A stretch of DNA of 64,000 nt, from assembly GCF_001194135.2 (NCBI RefSeq), contig NC_068990.1, positions 40,022,629 to 40,086,628 of the forward strand, written 5' to 3'. A program made the position numbers and the translations under genes. Positions 27,086 to 40,141 of the stretch are shown here, piece after piece; positions within the stretch are counted from its first letter, which is position 1, and each line of letters starts with the position of its first letter. The notes beneath the pieces were generated by a model that saw only the letters and a list, made by a program, of their open reading frames with translations, did no database searches and was not told where the DNA came from. This DNA is from Octopus bimaculoides. Taxonomy: Eukaryota.

Positions 27086-28116
27086 GCGTCTGTGAGTAAA
27101 AAAAAAAAAAATTACGTAGTAAATTTGTTGTTTGTTGACATCTATATTTCAAATGTCACAAATGTGTGTGAGGCGGATCCAGGTTATCCTTCTTGTTAGA
27201 GATATGTTCAACAGCAGCAGCAGCAGCAACAGAGCAGTCCTCTCTTCCACTACGGACTATAGGTTAATGGGAGTATTTTCAAAGTTAAAAACATATGTAG
27301 TCACCTTCTACATGTTGCTATTTAGCTGAATGTGAAAATGATGTAACCACTCAAACATTAGCATCATCTTTGACTGCCATTTCCTCATTTTCTTTTTTTT
27401 TTCTTCTTTTTTATTTTTTGGCTTAGCTTTTCCTACCGTGATCACTAGCCCTGCTAGTAATAGCAGTCAAATTACTCTCTGACATATCTTGAAACGAAGA
27501 AGAACAAGCAGCATAATGTTGCCTTAGATACCTTTTAGTAAGTTAGGATGGTCATAGATGGAACACTTTTGATCACAAGTCTACTCAATCAGAGTTGACC
27601 TTGGGGTAAACAACAACACCACACATCGAATCAGTGAATTAGTGCCAGCCACCAAGCTGTCATTCGATTTGCTAGAATTCACAGTCAAAGTTTCATCAAA
27701 CCGCATCTTACTGACTTAAAATTGAAAGGACACATTAAACAGTATCGACTTAGATGTACAGCAAACGTTATGGCCAATGCTGGAATGACATCGATCATTC
27801 GACTTCTCAATTATACCTAGCCCTAGGACGAAATTACAACACTAATCTATACTAATTTTAAAGTTAGAGGTTGTACTATTTAAGACCCCAAACTTAGTGA
27901 ACACAGTTATAGCTTGTTCAACTTACGAGAAAAAATATGCTCTCCTGTGAAAATCAGCTATTTTCAATTGCATGAATTAAAAGTTGGAGGGGGACAGGAT
28001 AAACTACCTGCATCAACTTTCTATAAAAGCTGCTAGTAATTTTACCTTGTACTTGTTCTTAGTGCAAGCTTTGAAGAATGTAGTTCGATTTTAACAGTTA
28101 TTCTTTAAATGCTATA

Positions 28117-29113
28117 ATGGAAGTAACAAAGGAGCATATTCGGCATATTTTGCTTCATGAGTTCAATAAAGGCAACGACGCAACGGAAAGTACGAGAAAT
28201 ATTAATGCAGTACATGGGGATCGGAAATAAGCGTAAGTCAGTGTCAACGGTGGTTCCAGAAATTCTGTGCCGGAAACTACAACCCAGAAGACGAGCCTCG
28301 TCCTGGAGGATCCGTAGAGCTCGACGAGGACGTCCTGCAAACCCTGGTGGGACAAAATCCCATCGTAACTGTTGAGGAACTAGCAGAGAAGCTCGTATTT
28401 GGTAATTCAACCATTCATCGGCACCTGCGTGCCATCGGAAAAGTCAGAAAATTGGGTCAATGGGTTCCTCACAAACTTCCCGAGTCTAATCTTTGCTGTC
28501 ACATCTCACGAATGAACCTTTTTTGAAAGGAAAAGTGACTGGTGTCGAGAAATGGGTTCTCTATAAAAATGTCAAGCGCCAAAGACAGTGGGTAGGGAAA
28601 GGAGAAACACCGGCAACCCAGGCGAAAGAAGGCCTTCACCCGCGTAAGGTGTTGCTATCTGTTTGGTGGGATATGAAAGGTGTAGTCAACTTTGAACTTT
28701 TAAACCCAAACCAAACGATAACAAAGGAGATTTGCTGCAAGCAGCTTGAGCAGCTTCAGTCAGCGCCAGAAGAAAAACGACCATCTTTGGTTTCAAGATG
28801 CGAGGACTTCTTTCATCAGGATAATGCTCGGCCACATACAGCAAGGATGACATTCCAAAGTCTGGAGTAGTTTGAATGGGAAACGATGCCTCACCCATCA
28901 TATTTGCTGGACATCGCCTCATCTGCTTATCATTTAATCCACAGTCTTCAAAATTATTCGAAAAAAAAAATGAATTCTGTAGACAAGGTCAGAACAGTAC
29001 TGGGGGAGTATTTTTCGTCACGGACAAGTGAATTTTGGAAGAGGCACGTTGCAAGTCTACCAGATAGATGGAAGAACATTGTAGACAATGAAGGAGAGTA
29101 TATTTTAGATTAA
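28117..29113 (+). pseudogene. mariner (D,D34D-type) transposase pseudogene; 3' TIR ends at 29185 followed by TA
   Basis: MEVTKEHIRHILLHEF start; QWVPHKL, TGVEKW, VLLSVWWD, FHQDNARPH, HPSYLLDIASSAYHL; frameshifts, stops and mutated catalytic Asp positions; TIR ttatgggatgacccaa; 5' TIR not found. Confidence 0.93.
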
Positions 29114-29204
29114 AAAAGAGCTTTGCTTATCTTAATTTTGAAAAAGAAAAGTATAAACAAACGCGTTAATTATGGGATGACCCAATATCTTTTACCTGTT
29201 TCAG

Positions 29205-29560
29205 CCATGCTAGGGCACCTCCTCGAAGATGCTTAGTTGAACAAATCGATCCCAGTACTTTTTTTTTTAAAGTCAGGTTCTTATTCTATCCGTCTCTTTT
29301 GTCGAACCACTAAGTGTCGGTAACGGAAATACCCCAACAACGGTTCTCAAGAAGTGGTGGGGGACGAACACACACATACATAAACACACACACACATAAA
29401 CGACGGGCTTCTTTCAGTTTCCGGCTACCAACTCTACTCAGAAGGGTTTGGTCGGCTCGAGACTATAGTAGAAGATACTTGCCCAAGGTGGAACACAGTG
29501 GGACTGAAACCGGAACTATGTGGCTGGGAGGTAAGTTTATTATCACACAGCCACGCCTGT
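29205..29560 (-). mobile_element. SINE family A, adjacent to mariner 3' end
   Basis: Bipartite family A structure. Confidence 0.8.
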
Positions 29561-30279
29561 GCCTATATGTATATACATACATACACACATATTTTTATGT
29601 ATAACCAATTTGCATATGTGTATATATATATGTGTGTGTGTGTATATATATATGTATGTATACATATATGCATATAAATATGTATGTGGGAATAATATGG
29701 TGCACATGTTTATAATAGCAGTTTCCTACGCAATGAAATAAAAAACTAAAACTTCATTTTTAATGAGGGATTGGTAGACAGTGAGACTGATTCGATGGGA
29801 TTGTTTAAACCTCATTACATGAAATTAGATAAAGTTTTAACATTTCTGAACATTTTTCTTCGTTATCTACACTGAGAAAAATAAACGTAACCCCTCCTTT
29901 GTTTGTCAGTTCATACATACATACATACATACATACATACATACATACATACATGCACATACATACATACGTACGTACGTACGTACGTACATACATACAT
30001 ACATACATACATACATACATACATACATACATACATACATACATACGTACATGCATGCATACATACATTGGTAGATTCGATTTATCAGAACAAAATTCAA
30101 AAAATGGACTAGTTCACTGAAAAAGCGCTGCATGGTAGTTGGCGCGAAAGACGCGAGCCATAGAAAGAATAAACCATATAGAAAGCTTGGCATGAGGTAC
30201 CTACAAGTCTATGACCTCCCCGTTTGGAGGTTATCTCCATGGACTTCAGTAATAAAAACCGCATGAATTACCTGCAGTA

Positions 30280-30663
30280 TTTGTTGGCACTCCGTCGCTT
30301 ACGACGTCGAGGGTTCCGGTTGATCCGATCAACGGAACAGCCTGCTCGTGAAATTAACGTGCAAGTGGCTGAGCACTCCACAGACACGTGTACCCTTAAC
30401 GTAGTTCTCGGGGATATTCAGCGTGACACAGTGTGACAAGGCTGACCCTTTGAATTACAGGCACAACAGAAACAGGAAGAAAGTGTGAGAGAAAGCTGTG
30501 GTGAAAGAGTACAGCAGTGTTCGCCACCATCCCCAGCCGGAGCCTCGTGGAGCTTTAGGTGTTTTCGCTCAATAAACACTCACAACGCCAGGTCTGGGAA
30601 TCGAAACCGCGATCCTATGACCGCGAGTCCGCTGCCCTAACCACTGGGCCATTGCGCCTCCAC
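30280..30663 (-). mobile_element. tRNA-derived SINE family B, full length, CpG intact
   Basis: Head gtggaggcgcaatggcccagtggttagggcagcggactcgcggtcataggatcgcggtttcgattcc; tail cgacggagtgccaac. Confidence 0.92.
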
Positions 30664-30697
30664 ACCTGCAGTATAACAGGCAAAAAAAAAAAAAATC

Positions 30698-30850
30698 ATT
30701 GACAGACGACAAATATAGGCACTGCAAAACCTAGACTGAAGACGTCAGCCACATTATTGCTAAGTACGAGAGATTGTCTTCCAGATATTATCTTCTCATG
30801 AGGCATGATGCGGTGGCCAGAACAGTCTGGCGCAGAATAAGTAAAAGGAT
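30698..30850 (+). mobile_element. R4/Dong-like non-LTR retrotransposon fragment (CCHC knuckle and RHD motif)
   Basis: DDKYRHCKT*TEDVSHII..LSSRYYLLMRHDAVARTVW, homologous to 41140-41290. Confidence 0.7.
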
Positions 30851-31233
30851 ATTTACGCACAAATTTGACTGTATTGAATCATAAGAATATTGATGGGACT
30901 AAAACATTAAAACAGCTTCTATGTTAAAATACAAGTGGTAAGATATTGTTATGTAGGACTACGAGAAAAAAATATGCTCTCCTGTGAAAATCAGCTGCCC
31001 TTTGGACACCAATGTGGTCAGAAACATACAAGAGAAAGAAATCATCTATAGACCTTTACAAAGAATTTCCAAATCTAACTCAAAATGCCAAAACACACAC
31101 TCAGTTTCATACACACATACACATACACACGCAAACACACACGCAAACACACACACGCGCATACACACACACACTTCTACTTGTGCCGACCGAAAACTTT
31201 ACAGTGGATTTCGTCGAGGGAAATTTAAAAATC

Positions 31234-31293
<60 letters not shown>

Positions 31294-32559
31294 GTCTGTC
31301 TGTCTGTCTGTCTGTATATGTATATATACATATACAGAGAGAGAGGGGGGAGAAATAGATAGATAGCCAGATAGACGGACAGGCAGATGGGCGAAGATTA
31401 GCATCACGCTTGAAACTCAGAGTACCAAGGAGTTTGAATCAAACTGTTTTGATTCGTACATGTAACTCCCAATAAATGTGTCGAGCGCCCTTCTTTAGCT
31501 TGTCTACTCTCTTGTGTGTGTGGGTGTATATATNNNNNNNNNNNNNNNNNNNNNNNNNNNNNNNNNNNNNNNNNNNNNNNNNNNNNNNNNNNNNNNNNNN
31601 NNNNNNNNNNNNNNNNNNNNNNNNNNNNNNNNNTTTTTTTGTTATTGTGTTTTTGAACTATATATATATATATATATATAAAGATATATTCAAACCCACT
31701 CCCTCAGATAATAATCAGTTGGTATTTTAATAAAGTTTGTTAGTCAGATTTAGCAAATAGCCAAAGTGCAGAAAAAAGTCATCTCGAAATTCCATCAAAT
31801 TAAGACCAATTTGGATGCAAGAATTGCTCTCTAAATTAAATGAAATTCAAGGTTTGTAATTGCTAGCCAATTTTCATTTGACTTGTATAACACGTTTCCC
31901 GAACAGACCAACCTTTCTCTTTGTTCAAACGAGAGAATGGAAAAAGAAAGGGGAGATGAGGAGGACTCATTAAAGAATGGTATTTTAAAAAACTATCGAC
32001 GGCTATTTTACATGCTTTTGAGGGGCGATTAGCACTTTGTGATAATGTTCAAAAGACAAATATAATGTAAACAAGCAAGAAGACAAATAATATATATATA
32101 TATGTATATTAAGAGTTAAATATGTGACACAGTACACAGAGCCCTCTACAACGTCAGCGAGCAGAGAAATTGCAGGGCTACAAAGAGAAAAGGGAGGGAA
32201 GGGCAGCTACATATAATTATTTAAAAGGAGATGTAATTAGGAGAGAGTAAAGCAGATGGTTTGACGGGAGGAGGAAGTGGAGAAGGACGGTTAAGTATCG
32301 GAATGAATTAGCTCAGTGAGGGATGGCCATGGGTGGGTAGGTAGGTGAGGGCATGGGATGTGGTTAGTTGTTTGGAAGGATGGGATAAACAATTTTTAAA
32401 TTGTGAATCGGAAGTGTAAAGGGCATTGTTGTTTGTTTTGCGTGTAGGTGTACATATATAAAGCTATATACACACACCTACATAGTGCGTATACACACAC
32501 ATTTGCACGCACGCACACACACACAGAAGAAATTCAATTTTTAAAACAAAGTATGAATA

Positions 32560-32915
32560 TATATACAGCTTGCTTGGTTCATTCCCACTGCATGACACCG
32601 TGGGCAAGTGTCTTCTACTATAGCCTCGGGCCTACCAAAGCCTTGTGTGTGAATTTGGTAGACAGAAACTGAAAGAAGCCCGTCCTATATATGTATATGT
32701 ATATGTATATGTTTGTGTGTCTGCGTTTGTGCCCCCTACTATCGCTTAACAACGGATGCTGATGAGGTTACGACCCCATAACATTAGCGGTTCGGCCTAA
32801 AACACCGATAGAATAAGTACTAGGCTTACAAAGAATAAGTCCTCGGGTCGATTCGTTCGACTAAAGGCGTGCTCTAGCATGGCCGCATTCAAATGACTGA
32901 AACAAGTAAAAGAAT
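32560..32915 (+). mobile_element. SINE family A (head truncated)
   Basis: gggcaagtgtcttctactatagcctcggg..gactgaaacaagtaaaaga. Confidence 0.85.
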
Positions 32916-32955
<40 letters not shown>

Positions 32956-33021
32956 TGTCTATCTATCTATCTCTTTCTCTCTCTCTATATGTGTGTGTGT
33001 GTGTGTGTGTGCGCGCGCATG

Positions 33022-33185
33022 TAGGCGCAGGACGGTTGTGTGATAAGAATTTTGGTTGCTGACCACCTAGTTCCGGGTACAGTCCTACTGCGTGGCTCTC
33101 AGGGTAAGTGTTTTCTACTAGAGTTTTGGTCAGACCAAAGCCTCCTGAGTGGATTTGGTAGACGAAACCGGAAAGAACCTGTACT
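33022..33185 (+). mobile_element. SINE family A 5' half, decayed
   Basis: taggcgcaggacggttgtgtgataag..gtggatttggtagacgaaacc. Confidence 0.75.
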
Positions 33186-33330
33186 TAATGTGACAGTCCC
33201 CTGAAGGGAATAATACTACTGTTGGTTAGACCTAGGAAACTGCACCGCTTCCTGTCGGCCTTGACACATTTCCTGTGTCTTTATGTTTACAAGGGGGAGA
33301 CAAGCACCTCCACCCAGTTAAGCCTGCTAC

Positions 33331-33373
33331 TCCAGACTAATGACGAGCAAAGACTCAGAAACATGTCTCTGGA
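33331..33373 (+). ncRNA. Minimal type-I hammerhead motif with one core mutation, closed by a long extended stem (33303-33399)
   Basis: UCCAGA-CUAAUGA-CGAG-caaaga-CUCA-GAAA-CAUGUC-UCUGGA; G5 is A; outer 21-bp stem agcacctccacccagttaagc / gcttagctgggtggaggtgct. Confidence 0.7.
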
Positions 33374-34747
33374 TGCAAGCTTAGCTGGGTGGAGGTGCTC
33401 TAGTTTGATAGGAAAGGAACATGATCAATAACATAACGCGTTCCAGATGTTATATAACCTGTTATAAATAAGGAAACGTCTACACTGCCGTCACCTGGCA
33501 AGCAAGATGCTGTAGTATTCAGAGATGGATCCTTGAGAGATCTTACTAGTGATTAGTATCAAATAACAGGCAGTGTGCAGATCCAGCGGTACGTGGTGAC
33601 ATCCAGAGGAATATTGATCCCTGAACCAGTTATAGAAGATCAGGGCTTCAATAGAGCAGATAAACAAAAGTATATATGGCGATGCTACACATAGGAGAAG
33701 CTACGTACATTAATTAATTCTTCATTGGTAGTTTACAATATTAAGTAGGCTGCGTGTGAAGAAAAGAATGAACAGACTGATAATTATTTGAATTTTAATA
33801 TATATATTATTTAATCCGTGTTGTTTATATTCACATCTGTTCTTATAAATAATTTAATAGAAGAACGTTTATGAAACAACAAACATAATAGTTAGGAATC
33901 TCTTGAAATGGAACATGCTTGATATTATGAAAGTAGTTGTTAGTTATAAAATATCAAATAATGAGAGTTAAACTACTGTGTATAAAGCAATGTGTTAGTG
34001 ATTCGATACAACTCAGTTAATATTCTTTGTGGAAAGCGACAAGAGCATGTTAAGTAAGACAAGGTGAAATGAAGCGACAGATCAACTCACTGGGCAAAGT
34101 GACAAATTCTGAGGAGCATGATTATCTAAGAGCATGATTATCTGAGGTTAACTTCGCCATATTTTTTACAACTGTAAGCCAAACTTCCCAGAACCTTCGA
34201 TCAAGCTATTTGGAGGGATAACTCGGCTGCTTCTTTTGAAGTTTGCTGCATCGACTATAATAAATCAGCCAGAGCTAACCACTCGAGCCATATTCGCGGA
34301 GGTGGTAATGCCATTGATGGTGACACATTGCTTTTCATGGTGATACGATATGTCGTGGTCTGGGCAGGGAAAATCTAAGAGTAATTGTTCAAAACTCAGT
34401 AGGAACATCACTGAAGGATAATGTTCATAACAGAGGCAATGTTTGAACACAGATAATGTTTAAATATAGAACCATGTTCAGACAGACATACGCTGACTCT
34501 CTCATTCAGATTGTTCGTAAAACAATACTCAAAGTACGCCATACGCGATTTACGGTTATTCATAAGAGAATTATGTTAAACATATAAGAAAACATTTACT
34601 TGAATTCTTGTAATAATTTAGATCATTAAATTTTGGGGTCGAACTACTTTACACATTTACACACACACACACATACACACAGATAGATAGATAGACAGAC
34701 GGACAGACAGACATACAGATAGATAGATAAGTAGGTAGGTAGGTAGG

Positions 34748-34819
<72 letters not shown>

Positions 34820-35104
34820 GTGACATATATATTACTGATTCCTCAAATTTTGGAAGGTTTCAACTAAATTAACAATTCCATAGAAATAACGTTGGGGATT
34901 CTCTTTTGTTTCCTTGAAATAAACATGACTGTTAAGTCAGCCATATTGTTAAGTATACACTGGTATGTTGATATGTATAGCTTGGGTAAACTCTGAAGAA
35001 AAATCACTCGAGATTCGATTTCCAAATATTTTAATGGGTGCTTTGATAAAATGAAATGTTCCAGCCAATGAAAGTCCCCTAAATAATGAAATGTCTTGTC
35101 ATAA

Positions 35105-35330
35105 AAACTTTATGGCATTTTAGGGAGGCGAGCTAGCAGAATCGTTAACAAGCTGGGCAAAATATTTGGCGATATTACTTCCGTCTTTACATTCTGAGTG
35201 CAAATTCTGCTGAGGTCGACTTTGCCTTTTGGGGTCGATAGATTAAGTACCTGCTGAGTACTACGGTCAATGTAATCGACTTGCCCCCTCCGCAAAATTT
35301 CTGGTTTTGTGCCAAAATTAGAAAGAATGA
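35105..35330 (+). mobile_element. tRNA-related SINE family C
   Basis: ggcgagctagcagaatcgttaac..gaggtcgactttgcctt..gtcgatagattaagtacc..aaattagaaag. Confidence 0.8.
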
Positions 35331-36627
35331 AATGTTATGTCATTTCACAGATAAGATTGTTCATTAATCGAAAATTTCTAAGTTTAGATAAACTATTTAT
35401 TTCCATTCTGTGGACACTTACAGAATCATATTAATCTCTCTTTTGTGTATGAAATAGGCGTACGAAATATATTTGTCCAGTCAAAAAATTATGTGTTGAA
35501 TACCTTGTGGTATTTAACCTGAGAATACCCCAAGATGGACTTAGCTTTCGTCCTTCACGAAATCGATAAAACTATGTACGAAATAAGTACTGTAGTCGAA
35601 ATAATTGACCAAATGTTTTAAAGGTGCTGCCCTCCCCAGCACGACCGCAATTCAAATATTAAGGCCAGTATAAGAATAAAAGAATATATTATATAAATAT
35701 TATTGTATACTGTTAGGTATGTAGTATACATATATATGATTAATTAACTCATATGCTCTATAATTATATAATAATTAACTAAATGATTATATGGCGTTCA
35801 GTTCTCAAAACTACTCACTCTGTGATGCGTATGCGGCGCCAAAACTTCTGGCTTACAGCAGATGACATAAAACACGAATCATTATTTTAGTTTAAGCTTT
35901 TAATTTTATTTTATAGCTCATTTCCAACTCGCCTGATGTTATTTTCTTAATCAATGAATACATGTATTTCGCGCTTTCGTTTGTAATATTATTCTTTATT
36001 GGTTAATTTATGAGTAACACCAAATGCCATTCAAAAGCTGTAAGCACAGTCTTTAACACTGTTGTTCTATAATTCTATCTTTTGATATGTGAGAAATATC
36101 GATAACATTTCATTGACGTTTCCCTAGATTTTCTGTCAAAGAGACAGATTTCATCACGCAACCAATTAAGTAACCTGAATGGTTACAACAACATTGATAT
36201 TACACATGCAGCATGGAATATTGAATATTCTTGCAAAAAAAATATTCCGACTGCCAACATTTTTTAAGTTGGTTTCTTTCGTAGAACTTTCCTTGTCATC
36301 AGCTCCATGGTATTATTGATCGGTTAAAATTGTTAACCTCTACCTTTTTCACTGAAATTTGTATATTGAAGCCTAAAAAGTTATGTTTATTTCTCTAAAC
36401 CTAGTGGAAATTAATAGATGTTACTGTAAGAACTGTAGTCCAAGAAAACTCAGATTCAGTCTTTTTTAACACGCAAGTTTATCGAAAATCCTGATGATCA
36501 TAGGTAAATTTGTTTAAATACGACAATAATAATTGTACCGCCAATATAAATAATGTATCTTTGAATATGGTATGTAACCCTAATTCGCTGAATAATAACA
36601 TTTCCATGAAGATAAATTCTATTTCAA

Positions 36628-36817
36628 TGTGACATAAAGAAATTATGTCTCAACGCTACTGCTATCTAGCACCTTCGGATGATCTCTGCTCAACCGCTAC
36701 ACAACTGCTACTCGACTGCTACTCAACAGCTACACAACACACCTACCACGGCCAGACTACCTCTATTTATATGTCTTGCGAGATCCTACTTCTTCGCCTG
36801 GGGGCGTCGACACTACA
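36628..36817 (-). mobile_element. Possible solo LTR or LTR fragment
   Basis: Minus strand begins TGTAG and ends GTCACA, contains TATAAATA and short internal tandem repeats; no TSD found. Confidence 0.35.
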
Positions 36818-37359
36818 GAAATAAAGTTACCTCTAACTTTGTCATAAAATAGTCAGAGTTTATTGGAAATTCGAGAATTTGTCCAGTGTGCTGAATCTTT
36901 GAGTTTCTGTTTTAGAATTACGAGAATCTTTTTATAAGCTTAGACTTCGGCACNNNNNNNNNNNNNNNNNNNNNNNNNNNNNNNNNNNNNNNNNNNNNNN
37001 NNNNNNNNNNNNNNNNNNNNNNNNNNNNNNNNNNNNNNNNNNNNNNNNNNNNNNNNNNNNNNNNNNNNNNNNNNNNNNNNNNNNNNNNNNNNNNNNNNNN
37101 NNNNNNNNNNNNNNNNNNNNNNNNNNNNNNNNNNNNNNNNNNNNNNNNNNNNNNNNNNNNNNNNNNNNNNNNNNNNNNNNNNNNNNNNNNNNNNNNNNNN
37201 NNNNNNNNNNNNNNNNNNNNNNNNNNNNNNNNNNNNNNNNNNNNNNNNNNNNNNNNNGAAGTGCTTAGAAAACTTGGAATTGCAGAAAATATTCGTCTAT
37301 ATTATTCATCATATTTTAGCCCCGAATTTTATCGAGCATTCTTGTAGGTTTCCGTTGTA

Positions 37360-37690
37360 ATGTTGTTGTTGTTGTTGTTGTTGAGCGAAAACACCTAAAG
37401 CTCCACGAGGCTCCGGCAGGGGGTGGTGGCGAACCCTGCTGTACTCTTTCACCACAATTTTCTCTCACTCTTACTTCCTGTTTCTGTTTTGCCTGTATTT
37501 CAAAGGGTCAGCCTTGTCACACTCTGTGTCACGCTGAATATCCCGGAGGACTACGTTCAGGGTACACGTGACTGTGGAGTGCTCAGCCACTTGCACGTTA
37601 ATTTCACGAGCAGGCTGTTCCGTTGATCGGATAAACTGGAACACTCGACGTCGTAAGCGACGGAGTGCCAACAACAACAACGACAACAAT
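37360..37690 (+). mobile_element. SINE family B, head missing
   Basis: gagcgaaaacacctaaagctccacgagg..cgtaagcgacggagtgcc(aac)n. Confidence 0.88.
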
Positions 37691-38271
37691 GTATGTACGT
37701 ATGCATGCGCGTGTGCGTCTGCGTGCGCGTGCGTGTGTGTGCGTTTACGTTGAAAACTGCGTGATGATAAATGCTTAAAAGGTCTACGTTTAAGTGGTGA
37801 ATGTTAAAGATTTCAAAATGTTTTTTACTCGGCTTTGTCCTATTACATATATAAGAAGGATAAGAAGGATAATTCGTATCATTCTTTTATGAGGGTACAT
37901 ATGTGTCGTTCCTAGAATTGCGGGGTGTTTTTCTATGTATATAATAAAGTGGGCAGGGGATAAAAAAAAGTTAGGGAGTATACTTGGTTTGGTCATATTG
38001 AGCTTTCAAATATTAATTTGTACTTGAGTCGTAAACAGTGTGTACGGCAGGTGTGGCTGTGTATAGAAACTGCTTCTATCTTCCCATTGTGTTAGGTGCC
38101 TGAATGTGTAAATGACGTTCTCTTGTCAACAAATTGTGTTGTCAAGAAATGATGTTATACTTATATGTTGAAAATAGGTCAGGAGGTCAGCTATGTACGT
38201 TGAAAAAAGGGGACAGGAACAACTGAAATTTGTTTGAGAAACTAAAATGGTTGAATCTTCTCTGTGTGTGT

Positions 38272-38309
<38 letters not shown>

Positions 38310-38517
38310 TTGTGTGTGTGTGCGTTTGTGTGTGTGTGTGTGTGTAGACGTGTTGGGTGTTGGAGATTCGATGTTGTTAGTTGAAAATGAATTGTGTTGT
38401 GCTCTGTGTTGCAGGCAGGTTGTGTGTTTTAGAATTATTTGAAGTGGCTGCCATTTCTAACAGACTTGAAAGACTACTTAGAGATTCCTTGTTCACAGTG
38501 TAGTTCGTATGTTTTCT

Positions 38518-38568
<51 letters not shown>

Positions 38569-38617
38569 CAAAGATAGTAGTACCAGCATTCTTTTTTTTT
38601 ATCTTTGCTACCCTCTC

Positions 38618-38835
38618 TTTATTCTTTTACTCTTTTACTTGTTTCAGTCATTTGCCTGTGGCCATGCTGGAGCACCACCTTTAGTCGAACAAATCGTCCC
38701 CAGAACTTATTCTTTGTAAGCCTAGTACTTATTCTATCGGTCTCTTTTGCCGAACCGCTAAGTTACGGGTACATAAACACACCAGCATCGGTTGTCAAGC
38801 GATGTNNNNNNNNNNCACACATACATACATGCATG

Positions 38836-38871
<36 letters not shown>

Positions 38872-39030
38872 CAAATATACGACGGGCTTCTTTCAGTTTC
38901 CGTCTACCAAATCCACTCACTTTGGTCGACCCGAGGCTATAGTAGAAGACACTTGCCCAAGGTGCCACGCAGTGGGACTGAACCCGGAGCCATGTGGTTG
39001 GTAAGCAAGCTACTTACCACACAGCCACTC
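38618..39030 (-). mobile_element. SINE family A
   Basis: Near-consensus bipartite copy, 10-N gap in internal microsatellite. Confidence 0.88.
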
Positions 39031-39289
39031 ATTCATCTGTTTGCACGCATCATACTGCGGCTGATTATTTTCAGGCACAGCAAAAGAAACCAATAGAACA
39101 AGTATCACGTATAAAATAATAAGTACTAGAGTCAAGGTGGTGCTCCAGCATGGCTGAAGTCGAATGACTGAAATAAGACGAAAGATTAAAGATATGCCAA
39201 TAGTCTCTCTCCCTGCCCCTCTCTTTCTCCCTGTTGATTGATTGATTTATATATGGTTGGATGGGTGTATTTATGAGGTGATATCCCAG

Positions 39290-39420
39290 TCATTAACAAC
39301 AATCTTCTCTATCACTTTGGATATCTCTCGCGCTCCTTAATGACCATCACTACGGCTTTCAGAGGAGCAGATATACAGGGATGACCTACTCTACTATGTC
39401 ATTCACCAGTAAACACTGGT
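39290..39420 (+). mobile_element. Short LINE RT remnant (CR1/L2-group-like)
   Basis: LLNDHHYGFQRSRYTG resembles the LLSDxQYGFRxxRST motif; short. Confidence 0.45.
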
Positions 39421-39557
39421 CAATTTTGTCCCTTTGAACAGCGTAAACTGACAGTCAATACCCACAAATCTGTGCAGACAACATTAGAGCACAACTCCCC
39501 ACAGGAAAAGTTCGCAACTAGAAAGAAGTCTAAAGGCTGTTAATATCATTGAAGATC

Positions 39558-39745
39558 CAAGGCGGTGAGCAAGCAGAATCGTTAGAACGCCGAATAAAAT
39601 GCTTAGCGGCAAATTCTACCGTGGTCGACTTTGCCTTTTCATCCCTTCGGGGTCGTTAAAATATTAACCAGTCAAGCACTGCAATCGATGTAATTAACTA
39701 GCACCTTCCACCAAAATTTCAGGCCTTGTGCCCATCGTAGAAAGG
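39558..39745 (+). mobile_element. SINE family C
   Basis: aaggcggtgagcaagcagaatcgttagaacgccg..gtggtcgactttgcctt. Confidence 0.8.
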
Positions 39746-40104
39746 AATATCACTGAAGAACTGTTCTAGAGACTGCGTAACCTCAATATAATTAATACTG
39801 CATCTCAAAGACTGGCTTTCCTCTTCAAGTGATATAAAATACTTCACTTTCCAACAACTTTTATTAACTCTTTAGAAAGGCCAGGTGTCCACTACAATAT
39901 TAAATTGCTTCCATCTCCGAGATAGTGCTGCCTCTGATCACATACACATACATCCGAGATTGAATCCTCAAAAGGTTATTTGTATTGAAATTTGTCCTCA
40001 TCTATGTATAAGTGAAGGCATGTATGCTCATTCGTTTTACACACACACACAAACACACAAACGCACATACATGCACCCCCTCACACACACACACACACAA
40101 CTAC

Positions 40105-40141
<37 letters not shown>

